This document shows positions 31,400 through 40,171 of a DNA stretch of 64,000 nt, piece after piece. This DNA comes from a virus (taxonomy: Duplodnaviria; Caudoviricetes): IMG/VR virus record IMGVR_UViG_3300031992_002338; one strand, 5' to 3'. Positions within the stretch are counted from its first letter, which is position 1. Every line of letters begins with the position of its first letter. The position numbers and the translations under genes were made by a program. The notes beneath the pieces were generated by a model. The model did not search any database and had not been told where the DNA came from. It saw only the letters and a program-made list of their open reading frames with translations.

Positions 31400-31444
31400 C
31401 AAAGGTACGAAAAAAAATTGGATTAGCAAAAAACTAACCCAATT
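31400..31444 (-). promoter_or_regulatory. Fused intrinsic terminator and sigma-A promoter
   Basis: AATTGGGTTAG-TTTTTTG-CTAATCCAATT-TTTTTT-CG-TACCTTTG; -33 in the loop, 19-nt spacer. Confidence 0.8.
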
Positions 31445-31465
31445 TTTAACTTTATTTAATATTAT

Positions 31466-33520
31466 TTAGAATACATACTTAACCGATGCATAGAAACTGA
31501 TGGGAATGTCCACCATGTAACGAGGCTCGTTTGTGTTGGCAAGAATACCTGTCTGAAGGTTATCCCTATTGGTAATGTTGTTTATGTGAGCACTCAAGAT
31601 ATACTTGCTAATGCTATAACTGCCATAGAGATTAAGCTGCCATGCGTCAGGCACTGAATACTCATTTGCCGCATCAATATACATATGATTGCGATAGCTG
31701 TATTCAAGACCTACTGAATAGTTCTTGCCACGATACTCAGCATTCTGCCTAAACGTGCAGTTAGGAGTCATTACATGGCTCTTCTTGCCAAACGTAGCGG
31801 TCTCTACCTTGTTGTTAGACAGTGACGAATTATTAATGAGGTGAAATCCATTGAACGGCTCATAGTCAGCATAGAACTCAATACCGATACGGTGACTATT
31901 GTCTGCCTTTTCATGCTCTGGCAGTCCGTTCAGACCAATTGTACCTGTCAGTGCTCTCTCATTCTCAAACAGCATTGCAAAAAGGTTGAGGTTCATGTTC
32001 AACTTCTTCGTTGCTACATTCCAACCCAATTCAATGTCATTGGAAATCTCTGCATCTGTAGTTGTAAGCTCTCCAGTATACCACTCGTTTCCACCAAACA
32101 TATCAGTTCGTGTAGGCTCACGGTGAGCACGTGCATACTTCAGATAAAGCTCATCATGACTATTGAACTTGTACTCGGCACTTGCGCCAAAGTTAAGGAA
32201 ATTCCACTTGGTATTCTCGTCATATACTACACTTGGGTCAAGCAAGTCACGATACCAAAAGTTTACGTGACGATACTGAGCATTGATTGATGTTGTGAGG
32301 TTGCCAAACTCCTTCTTCAAATTGGCAAACACCTCAAAATCGAACTTATGCCCACGATTGTCGTAATACTCAGAGGGGTCTATGTTACGTGCTTTATCAA
32401 TATTGCGGTCATCCAAGTAATGCTCACGCTCAAACTTATAGATATTAGTTCCAAATGTCACATTACCCTTATTGAAATAATATCGTGCTGCCGCATTACC
32501 ACCATACATATGCTGCTTCAGTCCGTAGTTATAGAGCATACCAGTATTGGTCTCACTGTCTCCGCAAATCTTATAGAGGTAGTTGTCAAGGTCAAAACGA
32601 TACTCTCCTAACAGCATATTCCAATAAAGTGAAGATGTAAATAACACCTTATCACTCAGCCAACTATTGTACTGAATCTTATTGACAGTCTGAAAAAAAT
32701 TATCATCCTCTAACTCACTACAACCATTGTCCTTACGATTCTTTGATAATTCCTCCAATGTAGAACCAATATAACCTTGTCCATTGCGATGATAGCCAGT
32801 GATGGAAAGGAGGTCAATTGATGACTTATCGTTGATAAAATAGCCTAATTTCAAGCCAACTGACTTAGAGTTGTTAGAACTATGCTCTTTATAACCGTCT
32901 GTCTGTGACTGAGTTAAACGTGCATGAAATGCCCACTTACCCATTAGTCCACTATTGAAGCTTACAGAACTCTTATAGGTATTAAAGCTACCACCACCAA
33001 AGTCCACATACGATGTGGTATCCTTCAACAGATTAGTTGACTCAATGTTCACGCTTCCTCCATAGCTTGATGTACCTGGATTGTATGTACTAGTGCCTCG
33101 CCCTACACTAATTGAGCTTGCATCTGCCATAATGTCAGGACTGTTCGCAAAATAGCATCCAAAATCCTCTGCCTCATTCCAAGGCATACCATCAAGAGTT
33201 ACATTGATTCGAGTTTGGTCAAGACCACGAATACGGAAATAACCATATCCAAAGTCAGTACCGTTATCACTGAATGCAAAGATAGATGGCATCTTAGAAA
33301 ACAACCAAGAAGGCTCTTGACCATAGTTAGCCTTAATGAGAGACTTTGAATCAACAACAGAACCAAGAGTGGTTGCTGTGCGATAGAAAGATGTAACGGT
33401 CAACTCATCGAGATTCTGAGTAATGAGTGAATCATTGCCAATCTCGTCTGAAACAATTTCATCTGCGTATGATGCTGAGAACATCATCATTACAGTCATA
33501 AACACTAAAAACTTTTTCAT
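31466..33520 (-). CDS. TonB-dependent outer-membrane receptor (resembles Bacteroidota vitamin/thiamine-type receptors)
   Basis: Signal peptide MKKFLVF...SASYA; TonB box LDELTVTS; plug FRIRGLDQTRINVTLDGMP...GRG...GGSVNI; terminal KYVF. Confidence 0.92.
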   Translation of the reverse strand: MKKFLVFMTVMMMFSASYADEIVSDEIGNDSLITQNLDELTVTSFYRTATTLGSVVDSKSLIKANYGQEPSWLFSKMPSIFAFSDNGTDFGYGYFRIRGLDQTRINVTLDGMPWNEAEDFGCYFANSPDIMADASSISVGRGTSTYNPGTSSYGGSVNIESTNLLKDTTSYVDFGGGSFNTYKSSVSFNSGLMGKWAFHARLTQSQTDGYKEHSSNNSKSVGLKLGYFINDKSSIDLLSITGYHRNGQGYIGSTLEELSKNRKDNGCSELEDDNFFQTVNKIQYNSWLSDKVLFTSSLYWNMLLGEYRFDLDNYLYKICGDSETNTGMLYNYGLKQHMYGGNAAARYYFNKGNVTFGTNIYKFEREHYLDDRNIDKARNIDPSEYYDNRGHKFDFEVFANLKKEFGNLTTSINAQYRHVNFWYRDLLDPSVVYDENTKWNFLNFGASAEYKFNSHDELYLKYARAHREPTRTDMFGGNEWYTGELTTTDAEISNDIELGWNVATKKLNMNLNLFAMLFENERALTGTIGLNGLPEHEKADNSHRIGIEFYADYEPFNGFHLINNSSLSNNKVETATFGKKSHVMTPNCTFRQNAEYRGKNYSVGLEYSYRNHMYIDAANEYSVPDAWQLNLYGSYSISKYILSAHINNITNRDNLQTGILANTNEPRYMVDIPISFYASVKYVF

Positions 33521-33548
33521 TTTCTAAACAATTTATCGTTTGTGGTTG

Positions 33549-33579
33549 CAAAGATACGAAAAAAAATCAAATTAGCAAA
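33549..33579 (-). promoter_or_regulatory. Bacteroidota sigma-A-type promoter of the receptor gene
   Basis: TTTG-19 nt-TATCTTTG, ~28 nt from the ATG. Confidence 0.85.
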
Positions 33580-33649
33580 ATATTTATAAGAAAATTAACA
33601 TTTTTTAATTAACATTTAATTACCATATATAGATAAATCACAAATAATT

Positions 33650-34909
33650 ATGAAAGTTAATATAACAGCTAATCAATATAATAGTCTCATAATATCCGAA
33701 GCTGAAAATGTTGCATATAACAGAAACAACGCAAATGAACCTAACCTTAAAGCAATATGGGATACAATTGACAGAAAGCAAAAAATGCTACAAGATGAGG
33801 TATTTGGAGAGCTTAGTGAAAAAATATATGATATTACTGTAGAAAAAGCAAAATCTATGGGAGAAGAGTTTATGGAAGTTCCTAAAAATATATGTAACGC
33901 TGGAAATGATAAGCTCCCATCTAGTGTTTTAATAATAAACATGTCATCTTCTTTGATGTGTCCATCATATTATTTAGGTATATGCACCATAACTAACGGT
34001 GCATGCTATGCGCAAAGGGCTGAAAATCAATATTCTGCAAAAGATAAATCTAGTGTTTTGACTAACAGATGGAAAACTGACTTAATGCACACACAAATGT
34101 TACAGCAATATCAGCATGGCAATAAAAAACCAATGAAGGATTATTTTAACTTAATTGAAACTTATATCCAACTTGGTAATGCATATTCTGAAAATCTTTA
34201 TAAGAAAGAATATCAAAGAATGCAAATGAGACTAGGAAGAGAGCTTACGCCAGAGGAAAAAAATTTCTTGAGAATTCAACAATCAGAAAATAAAATAACT
34301 GATATTAGATTAAATGAAACTGGTGACTTCCAATGTCAATTAGCAGTAAACCTTTGGGCTAAATTTGCTGATAAAATCAAAAGGAAATACGGAATCAATA
34401 CTCATGCCTATACAGCTAGAAACCTAGATTTTTCGCAAGTTTCTGATAAAATGGCAATAAATCCTTCTCACGAAGGGATTAACTTAGGTAAGGTTGAACC
34501 AAGAATGTTTAAAGCTGTGGGTGATAAATTTTATAACAGCCTAGAAGGTGGGAATGCTGTTAAAGATAGACAACCAATATTAGGTATGGTTAATGGGAAA
34601 TATTTCTATAAATGCCCTTGTAGTAGAGGCGAAACACATTGTGACCAATGCGGTGTATGCTTTGCTAAAAATGAAACTGGAAAACCATACACCATCTATG
34701 TTAAATATCATGGGTTGGTTGCTGCAAATGGGTTTAAAAACTTATTCAAAAAAGATGAGGTCGAAAAAGTTATAGAAAAATTATATGAAAACGGATGGAT
34801 TACTGAAAAGGAATACCAATCATATATATCCCCTAAAAACCAGAATTTCTTGGATAGCATATCTAAAAAAATTGATAAACAAAGAAAAACAAAAAACAAG
34901 AAAGGCTGA
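33650..34909 (+). CDS. Cys-cluster protein resembling phage gp88-like proteins, with leader-like N-terminus
   Basis: GNDKL...CPSYYLGIC...ACYA, RLNETGDF, HAYT, CPC...CDQCGVC; TATTTATA at 33581-33588 upstream. Confidence 0.55.
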   Translation: MKVNITANQYNSLIISEAENVAYNRNNANEPNLKAIWDTIDRKQKMLQDEVFGELSEKIYDITVEKAKSMGEEFMEVPKNICNAGNDKLPSSVLIINMSSSLMCPSYYLGICTITNGACYAQRAENQYSAKDKSSVLTNRWKTDLMHTQMLQQYQHGNKKPMKDYFNLIETYIQLGNAYSENLYKKEYQRMQMRLGRELTPEEKNFLRIQQSENKITDIRLNETGDFQCQLAVNLWAKFADKIKRKYGINTHAYTARNLDFSQVSDKMAINPSHEGINLGKVEPRMFKAVGDKFYNSLEGGNAVKDRQPILGMVNGKYFYKCPCSRGETHCDQCGVCFAKNETGKPYTIYVKYHGLVAANGFKNLFKKDEVEKVIEKLYENGWITEKEYQSYISPKNQNFLDSISKKIDKQRKTKNKKG

Positions 34910-34927
34910 GAAGAATATCTCAGCCTT
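34902..34927. terminator. Terminator between convergent genes
   Basis: 10-bp stem AAGGCTGAGA/TCTCAGCCTT flanked by A- and T-rich tracts. Confidence 0.8.
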
Positions 34928-34939
34928 AATTTTTTATCT

Positions 34940-36094
34940 TTACCTAACGTAAAACCCTAACGGCTTATTTTTCAACACCTTAATCAATTGGTCGTTCATT
35001 GTGCTCTGCTTCTCCATTAAATTCCAAGGTGTCATTCTCTCAAGTCTCTCCTTCAATTCATTAAGAACTGTTTCCTTCTCTGACTTTCCTTGCTCAAGAA
35101 GCATGTTATAATCCATCTGCATTTCAGCCTCTGGTATCTTAACAGCACCACTATATGTACCCCTTATGATACCAAGCAATATCTTAGCCTCTGCCACAAG
35201 TAAACGTCTTATTATTTGCTGTGATGGGTTATTCATTAATTCATACCTCATCTTGTCTAATGGAACTTGGTCTGGCGTAATGATTATATCATCTTTATTT
35301 TCCAATCTACATTGTTCAATATCATCTTCAGAACCACTAGAAACGTCATAATACGTATACCATACATAGCAACTAGCATACTTATTCCATCCCCAAGTAT
35401 CATCAGCAGCAATGCCGCCAACCATATTTGGAGACCCAGGAACAGAAAGCAAATGTACAAGATGAGTTCCTTCTGGACCAGCTGTGACTTGATATGCTAA
35501 GTCACCTCTTAATAATGAGTTTTTATATTTAAGGTCAGCAGACATAAGGGCAGTATCATATGCAGAGCCAACATAAAAACCAGTGATGCCCATACCATTG
35601 CCCATATTTCCATATTGACCATAGCCGCCGCCAATACCAGTGTCCAATGTTCCTAGATTGCCATATAAAGCTGCTTTGGTCGTAGAAGGAGTGACGTACA
35701 TAACACGATTAATCTCTCTGCCTGCTGGAATTACATATACTTGTTTTCCTCTTTCAACTTGGAAAAAGTCTTTCTTCAATTCATAATGTCCTCTCTGTTG
35801 CAATCCTACTTCACGAGAGAACCAATACGAGAAATCACGAGACCAATCCATTGTGCGAACAGTCATTGCATATGCTAGCTCACTAGCATTTTGAAATTGT
35901 ATTTGACTTGTATTTTGTAAGTTTAGCCACTGTGTTTCAATTACCCAGTTTTGAACTTTCTCAGCATAATCACCGATGGCAACGTCCAATAAGTCGCATA
36001 GCTGCTCATCCTCAAGCTGTACGATACGAATTGGAGCACCTAACATTGTTCTAACTGTCCTAAACAGTGCCTTTACATCTTCTGTTAATACCAT
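34940..36094 (-). CDS. Neck/head-completion protein (T4 gp13-like)
   Basis: N-terminal LGAPIRIVQLEDEQL...AI; C-terminal AKILLGIIRGTYSG...P...G. Confidence 0.8.
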   Translation of the reverse strand: MVLTEDVKALFRTVRTMLGAPIRIVQLEDEQLCDLLDVAIGDYAEKVQNWVIETQWLNLQNTSQIQFQNASELAYAMTVRTMDWSRDFSYWFSREVGLQQRGHYELKKDFFQVERGKQVYVIPAGREINRVMYVTPSTTKAALYGNLGTLDTGIGGGYGQYGNMGNGMGITGFYVGSAYDTALMSADLKYKNSLLRGDLAYQVTAGPEGTHLVHLLSVPGSPNMVGGIAADDTWGWNKYASCYVWYTYYDVSSGSEDDIEQCRLENKDDIIITPDQVPLDKMRYELMNNPSQQIIRRLLVAEAKILLGIIRGTYSGAVKIPEAEMQMDYNMLLEQGKSEKETVLNELKERLERMTPWNLMEKQSTMNDQLIKVLKNKPLGFYVR

Positions 36095-36101
36095 AATAAT
36101 T

Positions 36102-36389
36102 TTACCTTTCTATATCATATAAATACTGTTCAATGGCACTTTCTATACCATTGTTATTATACTTTAAAAACCCTTTAATCTGCTCTATTCCATACAATGC
36201 TTCATTACCATCTATTTCATAATCATCTATCCTTATATATGGAGTATTAGAATCAATATATACGTTTCTAGGCTCTCCATTTAGATAAACTTGATATTGC
36301 CCACTTATTGACTCATTTAGCACTTTATTAACTGATTCTATAACTATTCTACGTAAATCTTGTTCAGTAAGTCTAATTATTTTTTTCAT
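36102..36389 (-). CDS. Small protein with LTExDL leader (candidate internal head protein)
   Basis: MKKIIRLTEQDLRRIVIESVNKVLNE; TATTTAT 17 nt upstream; co-transcribed with the neck gene. Confidence 0.75.
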   Translation of the reverse strand: MKKIIRLTEQDLRRIVIESVNKVLNESISGQYQVYLNGEPRNVYIDSNTPYIRIDDYEIDGNEALYGIEQIKGFLKYNNNGIESAIEQYLYDIER

Positions 36390-36405
36390 ACTATTTATTT
36401 TAACT

Positions 36406-36412
36406 ATAAATA
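36406..36412 (-). promoter_or_regulatory. Candidate late promoter TATTTAT
   Basis: 17 nt upstream of ATG 36389. Confidence 0.5.
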
Positions 36413-36434
36413 CTTTATTCTTTATAAAAAGAAT

Positions 36435-37178
36435 ATGTTAGAATTAAACAAAATATACTGCATGGATGTCCTAGAAGGACTTAAGCAATTGGATGATGAA
36501 AGCATTGACCTTATCATCACATCGCCACCATATAATCTTGCTGGTTTTAGAGGTGCAATTGTAAAACGTTCTGCTAAAAATGATTTCTGGGAAAAAAGCA
36601 TTGGTTATAATGATGACCCCAAAAATGATTTTATGAAAGAAGAGGATTATCAAAAATGGCAAATAGAAGTACTTAACGAATGCTTCAGAGTATTAAAAAG
36701 AGATGGAAGTATGTTCTATAACCATAAAATTAGGGTCAAAAAAAACCAAATATCGCACCCATTAGAATGGATTGCCAAATCAAAGTTTATATGCAGACAA
36801 GAAATTGTTTGGGATAGAGCAACGTCTGTAAACGTAGATAAATGTAGATACCTACCTTCAACAGAACGCATCTATTGGTTAATTAAAGAACCAAAAAACC
36901 CACGTTTTTATAGGGTAGATGATATTAATTGGAAGGGTGAAGTTTGGAAATTTGCCCCAAGTAGGGATAAAAATCATCCAGCACCGTTTCCAATAGAATT
37001 GCCAAACAATATCATCCCTTGTGTTGCACAAGGAGAAAAAATAATAGTATTAGACCCATTTATGGGTAGTGGAACTGTAGCAGTCTCAGCAAAGCAAAAT
37101 GGTTGCGATTATATAGGTTTTGAAAAATTTGAAAAATATATAAGGCAAGCAAAAAAAAGGTTAGAAGATACACCCTAA
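36435..37178 (+). CDS. N4-cytosine/N6-adenine DNA methyltransferase (beta class)
   Basis: TSPPY precedes HPAPFP and DPFMGSGT; start at ATG 36435 (MLELNKIY). Confidence 0.92.
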   Translation: MLELNKIYCMDVLEGLKQLDDESIDLIITSPPYNLAGFRGAIVKRSAKNDFWEKSIGYNDDPKNDFMKEEDYQKWQIEVLNECFRVLKRDGSMFYNHKIRVKKNQISHPLEWIAKSKFICRQEIVWDRATSVNVDKCRYLPSTERIYWLIKEPKNPRFYRVDDINWKGEVWKFAPSRDKNHPAPFPIELPNNIIPCVAQGEKIIVLDPFMGSGTVAVSAKQNGCDYIGFEKFEKYIRQAKKRLEDTP

Positions 37179-37183
37179 CCTTT

Positions 37184-37585
37184 TTAATATGGCACATTTG
37201 TATATAATTCAACATTTAACATAGAAGTGTTTACCACTGCTTGATATTCCCCAACCCCACCAAGTATTTCATATATTCTATCAGCCTCTTTATGAATTAA
37301 CTTTTTTTCATACTCATTTGCTTCTTCTGGGGTATCATAAGTGGATATAATCGAAAATTTAATTTTTCTCTCTTCATTCAACGCTATGTTTAACAATCTA
37401 TCTGCATTATCCACAGAATTAATATGTGTACAATGTTCATTTATTCTATCAGATGGGTTTTTACTATACCCATAATAAAAACGCCCACTCTCAATGAATT
37501 GTATTAAATATACTGCATTAATAATGCTAAATAAATCTGGTTCGTCATAAAAAACTGTAATACCATTAATTTCTTTTCGTTTCAT
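37184..37585 (-). CDS. GIY-YIG-family nuclease-like protein
   Basis: AVY...FYYGYS...DRINEH...YEKKLI...LN. Confidence 0.7.
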   Translation of the reverse strand: MKRKEINGITVFYDEPDLFSIINAVYLIQFIESGRFYYGYSKNPSDRINEHCTHINSVDNADRLLNIALNEERKIKFSIISTYDTPEEANEYEKKLIHKEADRIYEILGGVGEYQAVVNTSMLNVELYTNVPY

Positions 37586-37601
37586 ATTTTTTCATTTTAT
37601 G

Positions 37602-37633
37602 CAAATATATATTTATTTTTTCATAAAAACAAA
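37602..37633 (-). promoter_or_regulatory. Bacteroidota sigma-A-type promoter
   Basis: TTTG-20 nt-TATATTTG. Confidence 0.8.
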
Positions 37634-37661
37634 TAAAAGGAGATAAACTTATCTCCTTTTA
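37634..37661 (-). terminator. Intrinsic terminator after the GHKL ATPase
   Basis: TAAAAGGAGATAA/TTATCTCCTTTTA inverted repeat. Confidence 0.8.
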
Positions 37662-37664
37662 TCG

Positions 37665-39245
37665 TTAAATAGCAAATTTATGAGCGAACTCGTTTATTAT
37701 TTTCTTTTGCGTAGCTGTATTTAAAGTTTTCCCACTATATCCCAATAATGTTTCAGCAAGAACTGTAATTACTCTATCACTTGTTGTTGCTGGTTTTGCT
37801 TCTGTTATGGTGAACTCAGTAGCCCCAGTTGTTTTATTTTTATGATATTTTATCACATCTTCATTTTCCATATTTTTTAATGCTTCTTTCGCATTTTCTA
37901 CAGAAGAACTTACTGGGGCATATATAATCTGATTATTATTTTCTTTGTTCTCAATTGGAGACTCTGCAATTTTTAATTCTTTTTCACTATCTTCTAAGTT
38001 ATTTTTTTTATTAACAAGTAGTGATGCCTTAATAAGTGCTTGCGCTGTTGTTTTAGTAAGTAAAAGAGTTTTTGCAATTTCAACATCAATTGGTCTACTA
38101 AATTTGTTTTTAGTTCCATCACTCTGATAATTATTAAGTTTAAGTAATTTATTAAAATCATCTTTAAACGCATTAGATAAACTTTTATTATTATCAATAA
38201 CGTAATGTTCCAAAGTCTCGTTATTTAAGTCAATTGATTTTTTGTTAGCATCTATTGCAAGTATATCTTCATTATCATCAATAAATATCAATCCTCTTGT
38301 ACTACCGCTTCCACCAGCCATAGACGTTGTGGCTTTTAATCCTTCAAAACCTATCTTGTGATTAGCAAAATCTATATAACGACCTCTAAACATAGAAAAC
38401 ATACCAGAAAATTCAAAAGCGCGGTCATTTATTTTTTTTCCACCTTGTGAACTGATATAAAGAAAAATTACTTTAACCTTTTTTTCGTCATTTTTATTGA
38501 ATTTGTTAACTAATTTATATGTTTTGACCCAATATATTAAACCATTAACGTCATAAATGCCACAATCTACATCATATACATCATCACAATTAGCATATTC
38601 GCAAAGATAAGAAAGATACATTCTATCTACACAATTAGCATCTTCTCCATTAATTTTAATACTAATATTATTTTTATTAATAAGATAAGGATAAGCAGTA
38701 CTAATAGATTTGTTAAGATTAGCATGCCATTGTCTATCAGATTTTGGTATTGGCTTAATTCCATCAATACTTACAACATGACCATGTTCTGCATGCCAGT
38801 TTTTTTCAGTATATGGTCCTTCAACAAGAGGTGTATCGTGCCACGCATTTTCTTTGTTTCTATTTACTTCAAAACGGTAATAGCACACATTATCTCTGTC
38901 AATGCCACTTTTAATTGTTACATTTGCCCCAATGTCATAATCAGATAACTTTAGGATTGAATCCTTTAATCCTACACCAAACATACCAATTGTTTTTTTT
39001 GCTGAAGATGCATTATGAGAATGGTAATTTTCTCTAAAATGGCATAGTTGGTCATACGTCATGCCATGACCATCATCAACAATTGAAAAAATAGAACGAT
39101 TTGAATCTAACGTAATACTGATATTTTTTGCATCAGCATCAATACTATCATCTATCATTTCTCTAATTGCAGTTGTTAATGGGATTTGACTAGCAAACTC
39201 AAGTAAGCGTAAAAAATCTCCATTATTACTTTTATTTTTCCTCAT
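37665..39245 (-). CDS. GHKL (MORC-like, HATPase_c_3) ATPase
   Basis: AIREMIDDSIDA, IVDDGHGM, IGMFGVGLK; later FRGRYI...RGLIFID S5-like fold. Confidence 0.85.
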   Translation of the reverse strand: MRKNKSNNGDFLRLLEFASQIPLTTAIREMIDDSIDADAKNISITLDSNRSIFSIVDDGHGMTYDQLCHFRENYHSHNASSAKKTIGMFGVGLKDSILKLSDYDIGANVTIKSGIDRDNVCYYRFEVNRNKENAWHDTPLVEGPYTEKNWHAEHGHVVSIDGIKPIPKSDRQWHANLNKSISTAYPYLINKNNISIKINGEDANCVDRMYLSYLCEYANCDDVYDVDCGIYDVNGLIYWVKTYKLVNKFNKNDEKKVKVIFLYISSQGGKKINDRAFEFSGMFSMFRGRYIDFANHKIGFEGLKATTSMAGGSGSTRGLIFIDDNEDILAIDANKKSIDLNNETLEHYVIDNNKSLSNAFKDDFNKLLKLNNYQSDGTKNKFSRPIDVEIAKTLLLTKTTAQALIKASLLVNKKNNLEDSEKELKIAESPIENKENNNQIIYAPVSSSVENAKEALKNMENEDVIKYHKNKTTGATEFTITEAKPATTSDRVITVLAETLLGYSGKTLNTATQKKIINEFAHKFAI

Positions 39246-39296
39246 AAAAAAATTTTTAAAAGTTAAACATATATTGTTAAAATCTCAATCACAATG

Positions 39297-39341
39297 CAAA
39301 TATACGAAAAAAAAGTGAAACTTCCAAAAATAGTCTCACTT
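39297..39341 (-). promoter_or_regulatory. Fused intrinsic terminator and sigma-A promoter
   Basis: AAGTGAGACT-ATTTTTGGA-AGTTTCACTT-T run-CG-TATATTTG; -33 in the loop, 20-nt spacer. Confidence 0.75.
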
Positions 39342-39401
39342 CTAAAAGTCATTTTAACATTTATTCATAAAAATAGTGGTCATTTAACCAATTTTAACAA
39401 T

Positions 39402-39887
39402 TTATTTCCAAAACTTACTCGTTATATCCTCAAAATCAATCTGTTCAACTCCCTCGCTCTCAAAAATCTTGTGTTTCAGCTTATAAAGTCTTTGATTTGT
39501 GGTCTTCTTATTCAATCCACCCAATTCCTCATCGTAATGTCCTAACTTAATGTAATCGAAATAATGGAAATTGATACTTTTATAATATGTATCTCTTCCA
39601 CTATACCACCCAACCTTTAGATGTTTATTCTCATGCACATATTCTGCCAATTCATGTATCGTTTGCGGCTCTGCATCACCACCCATAAAACAAACAGTCG
39701 TTATTCCATCATTTTTCTCAATAAGTCTATCTAACTCTTCTGTAGTTAGTGAAATCCCTTTATCTTCCCATAAAAATTCTGAATGGCATCCCTTACAATG
39801 GCAAGGGCAATTTGTAATGTTGATTGCTAAAGTAATTTCATCTGGTATCTCTTCAAACACCACCATTGCATTATAATACTTTACCAT
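39402..39887 (-). CDS. nrdG: Anaerobic RNR activating enzyme
   Basis: FEEIPDEITL...CPCHCKGCHS, FMGGD, KLGHY...TTNQR; downstream of nrdD. Confidence 0.93.
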   Translation of the reverse strand: MVKYYNAMVVFEEIPDEITLAINITNCPCHCKGCHSEFLWEDKGISLTTEELDRLIEKNDGITTVCFMGGDAEPQTIHELAEYVHENKHLKVGWYSGRDTYYKSINFHYFDYIKLGHYDEELGGLNKKTTNQRLYKLKHKIFESEGVEQIDFEDITSKFWK

Positions 39888-39889
39888 AC

Positions 39890-40120
39890 CTATTTTTTGT
39901 CTTTGAAATAATTCTCATCTAATACATATAACCCGCATTCACACACATCTTTTATTTTGTAATCAGTACATGGACAATGTAAATCCTTACCTTCATAATC
40001 CTCTGAATCATGTGTGCATGGGCATAATCCATCACACTTTTCGCATCTTCTCAAGATTGCGTTTACAACCCTATCGTTAGGGTTAAGTTTCCAGCCTTCT
40101 TTTCTATATATTTCTATCAT
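39890..40120 (-). CDS. Ferredoxin-thioredoxin reductase catalytic-subunit-like protein
   Basis: WKLNPN...CPC...HCPC...CECGLY, the triple Cys-pair pattern. Confidence 0.8.
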   Translation of the reverse strand: MIEIYRKEGWKLNPNDRVVNAILRRCEKCDGLCPCTHDSEDYEGKDLHCPCTDYKIKDVCECGLYVLDENYFKDKK

Positions 40121-40141
40121 AATTACAACTTTTTGCTAAAA

Positions 40142-40168
40142 AATTGGGTACTTCGAGAGTACCCAATT
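40142..40168 (-). terminator. Hairpin/terminator immediately after nrdD
   Basis: 11-bp stem AATTGGGTACT/AGTACCCAATT with T-run on the minus strand. Confidence 0.75.
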
Positions 40169-40171
40169 ACA

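Noticed and set aside
31466-33520. Receptor island as bacterial chromosome flanking a prophage, or contamination
   Set aside because: It is flanked on both sides by phage structural genes and uses the same promoter/terminator style as the rest of the window; no integrase or att site is seen. Read-level confirmation is still advisable.
33521-33649. TPP or other riboswitch upstream of the TonB-dependent receptor
   Set aside because: The promoter lies ~28 nt from the ATG and the region has no riboswitch-like conserved sequence.
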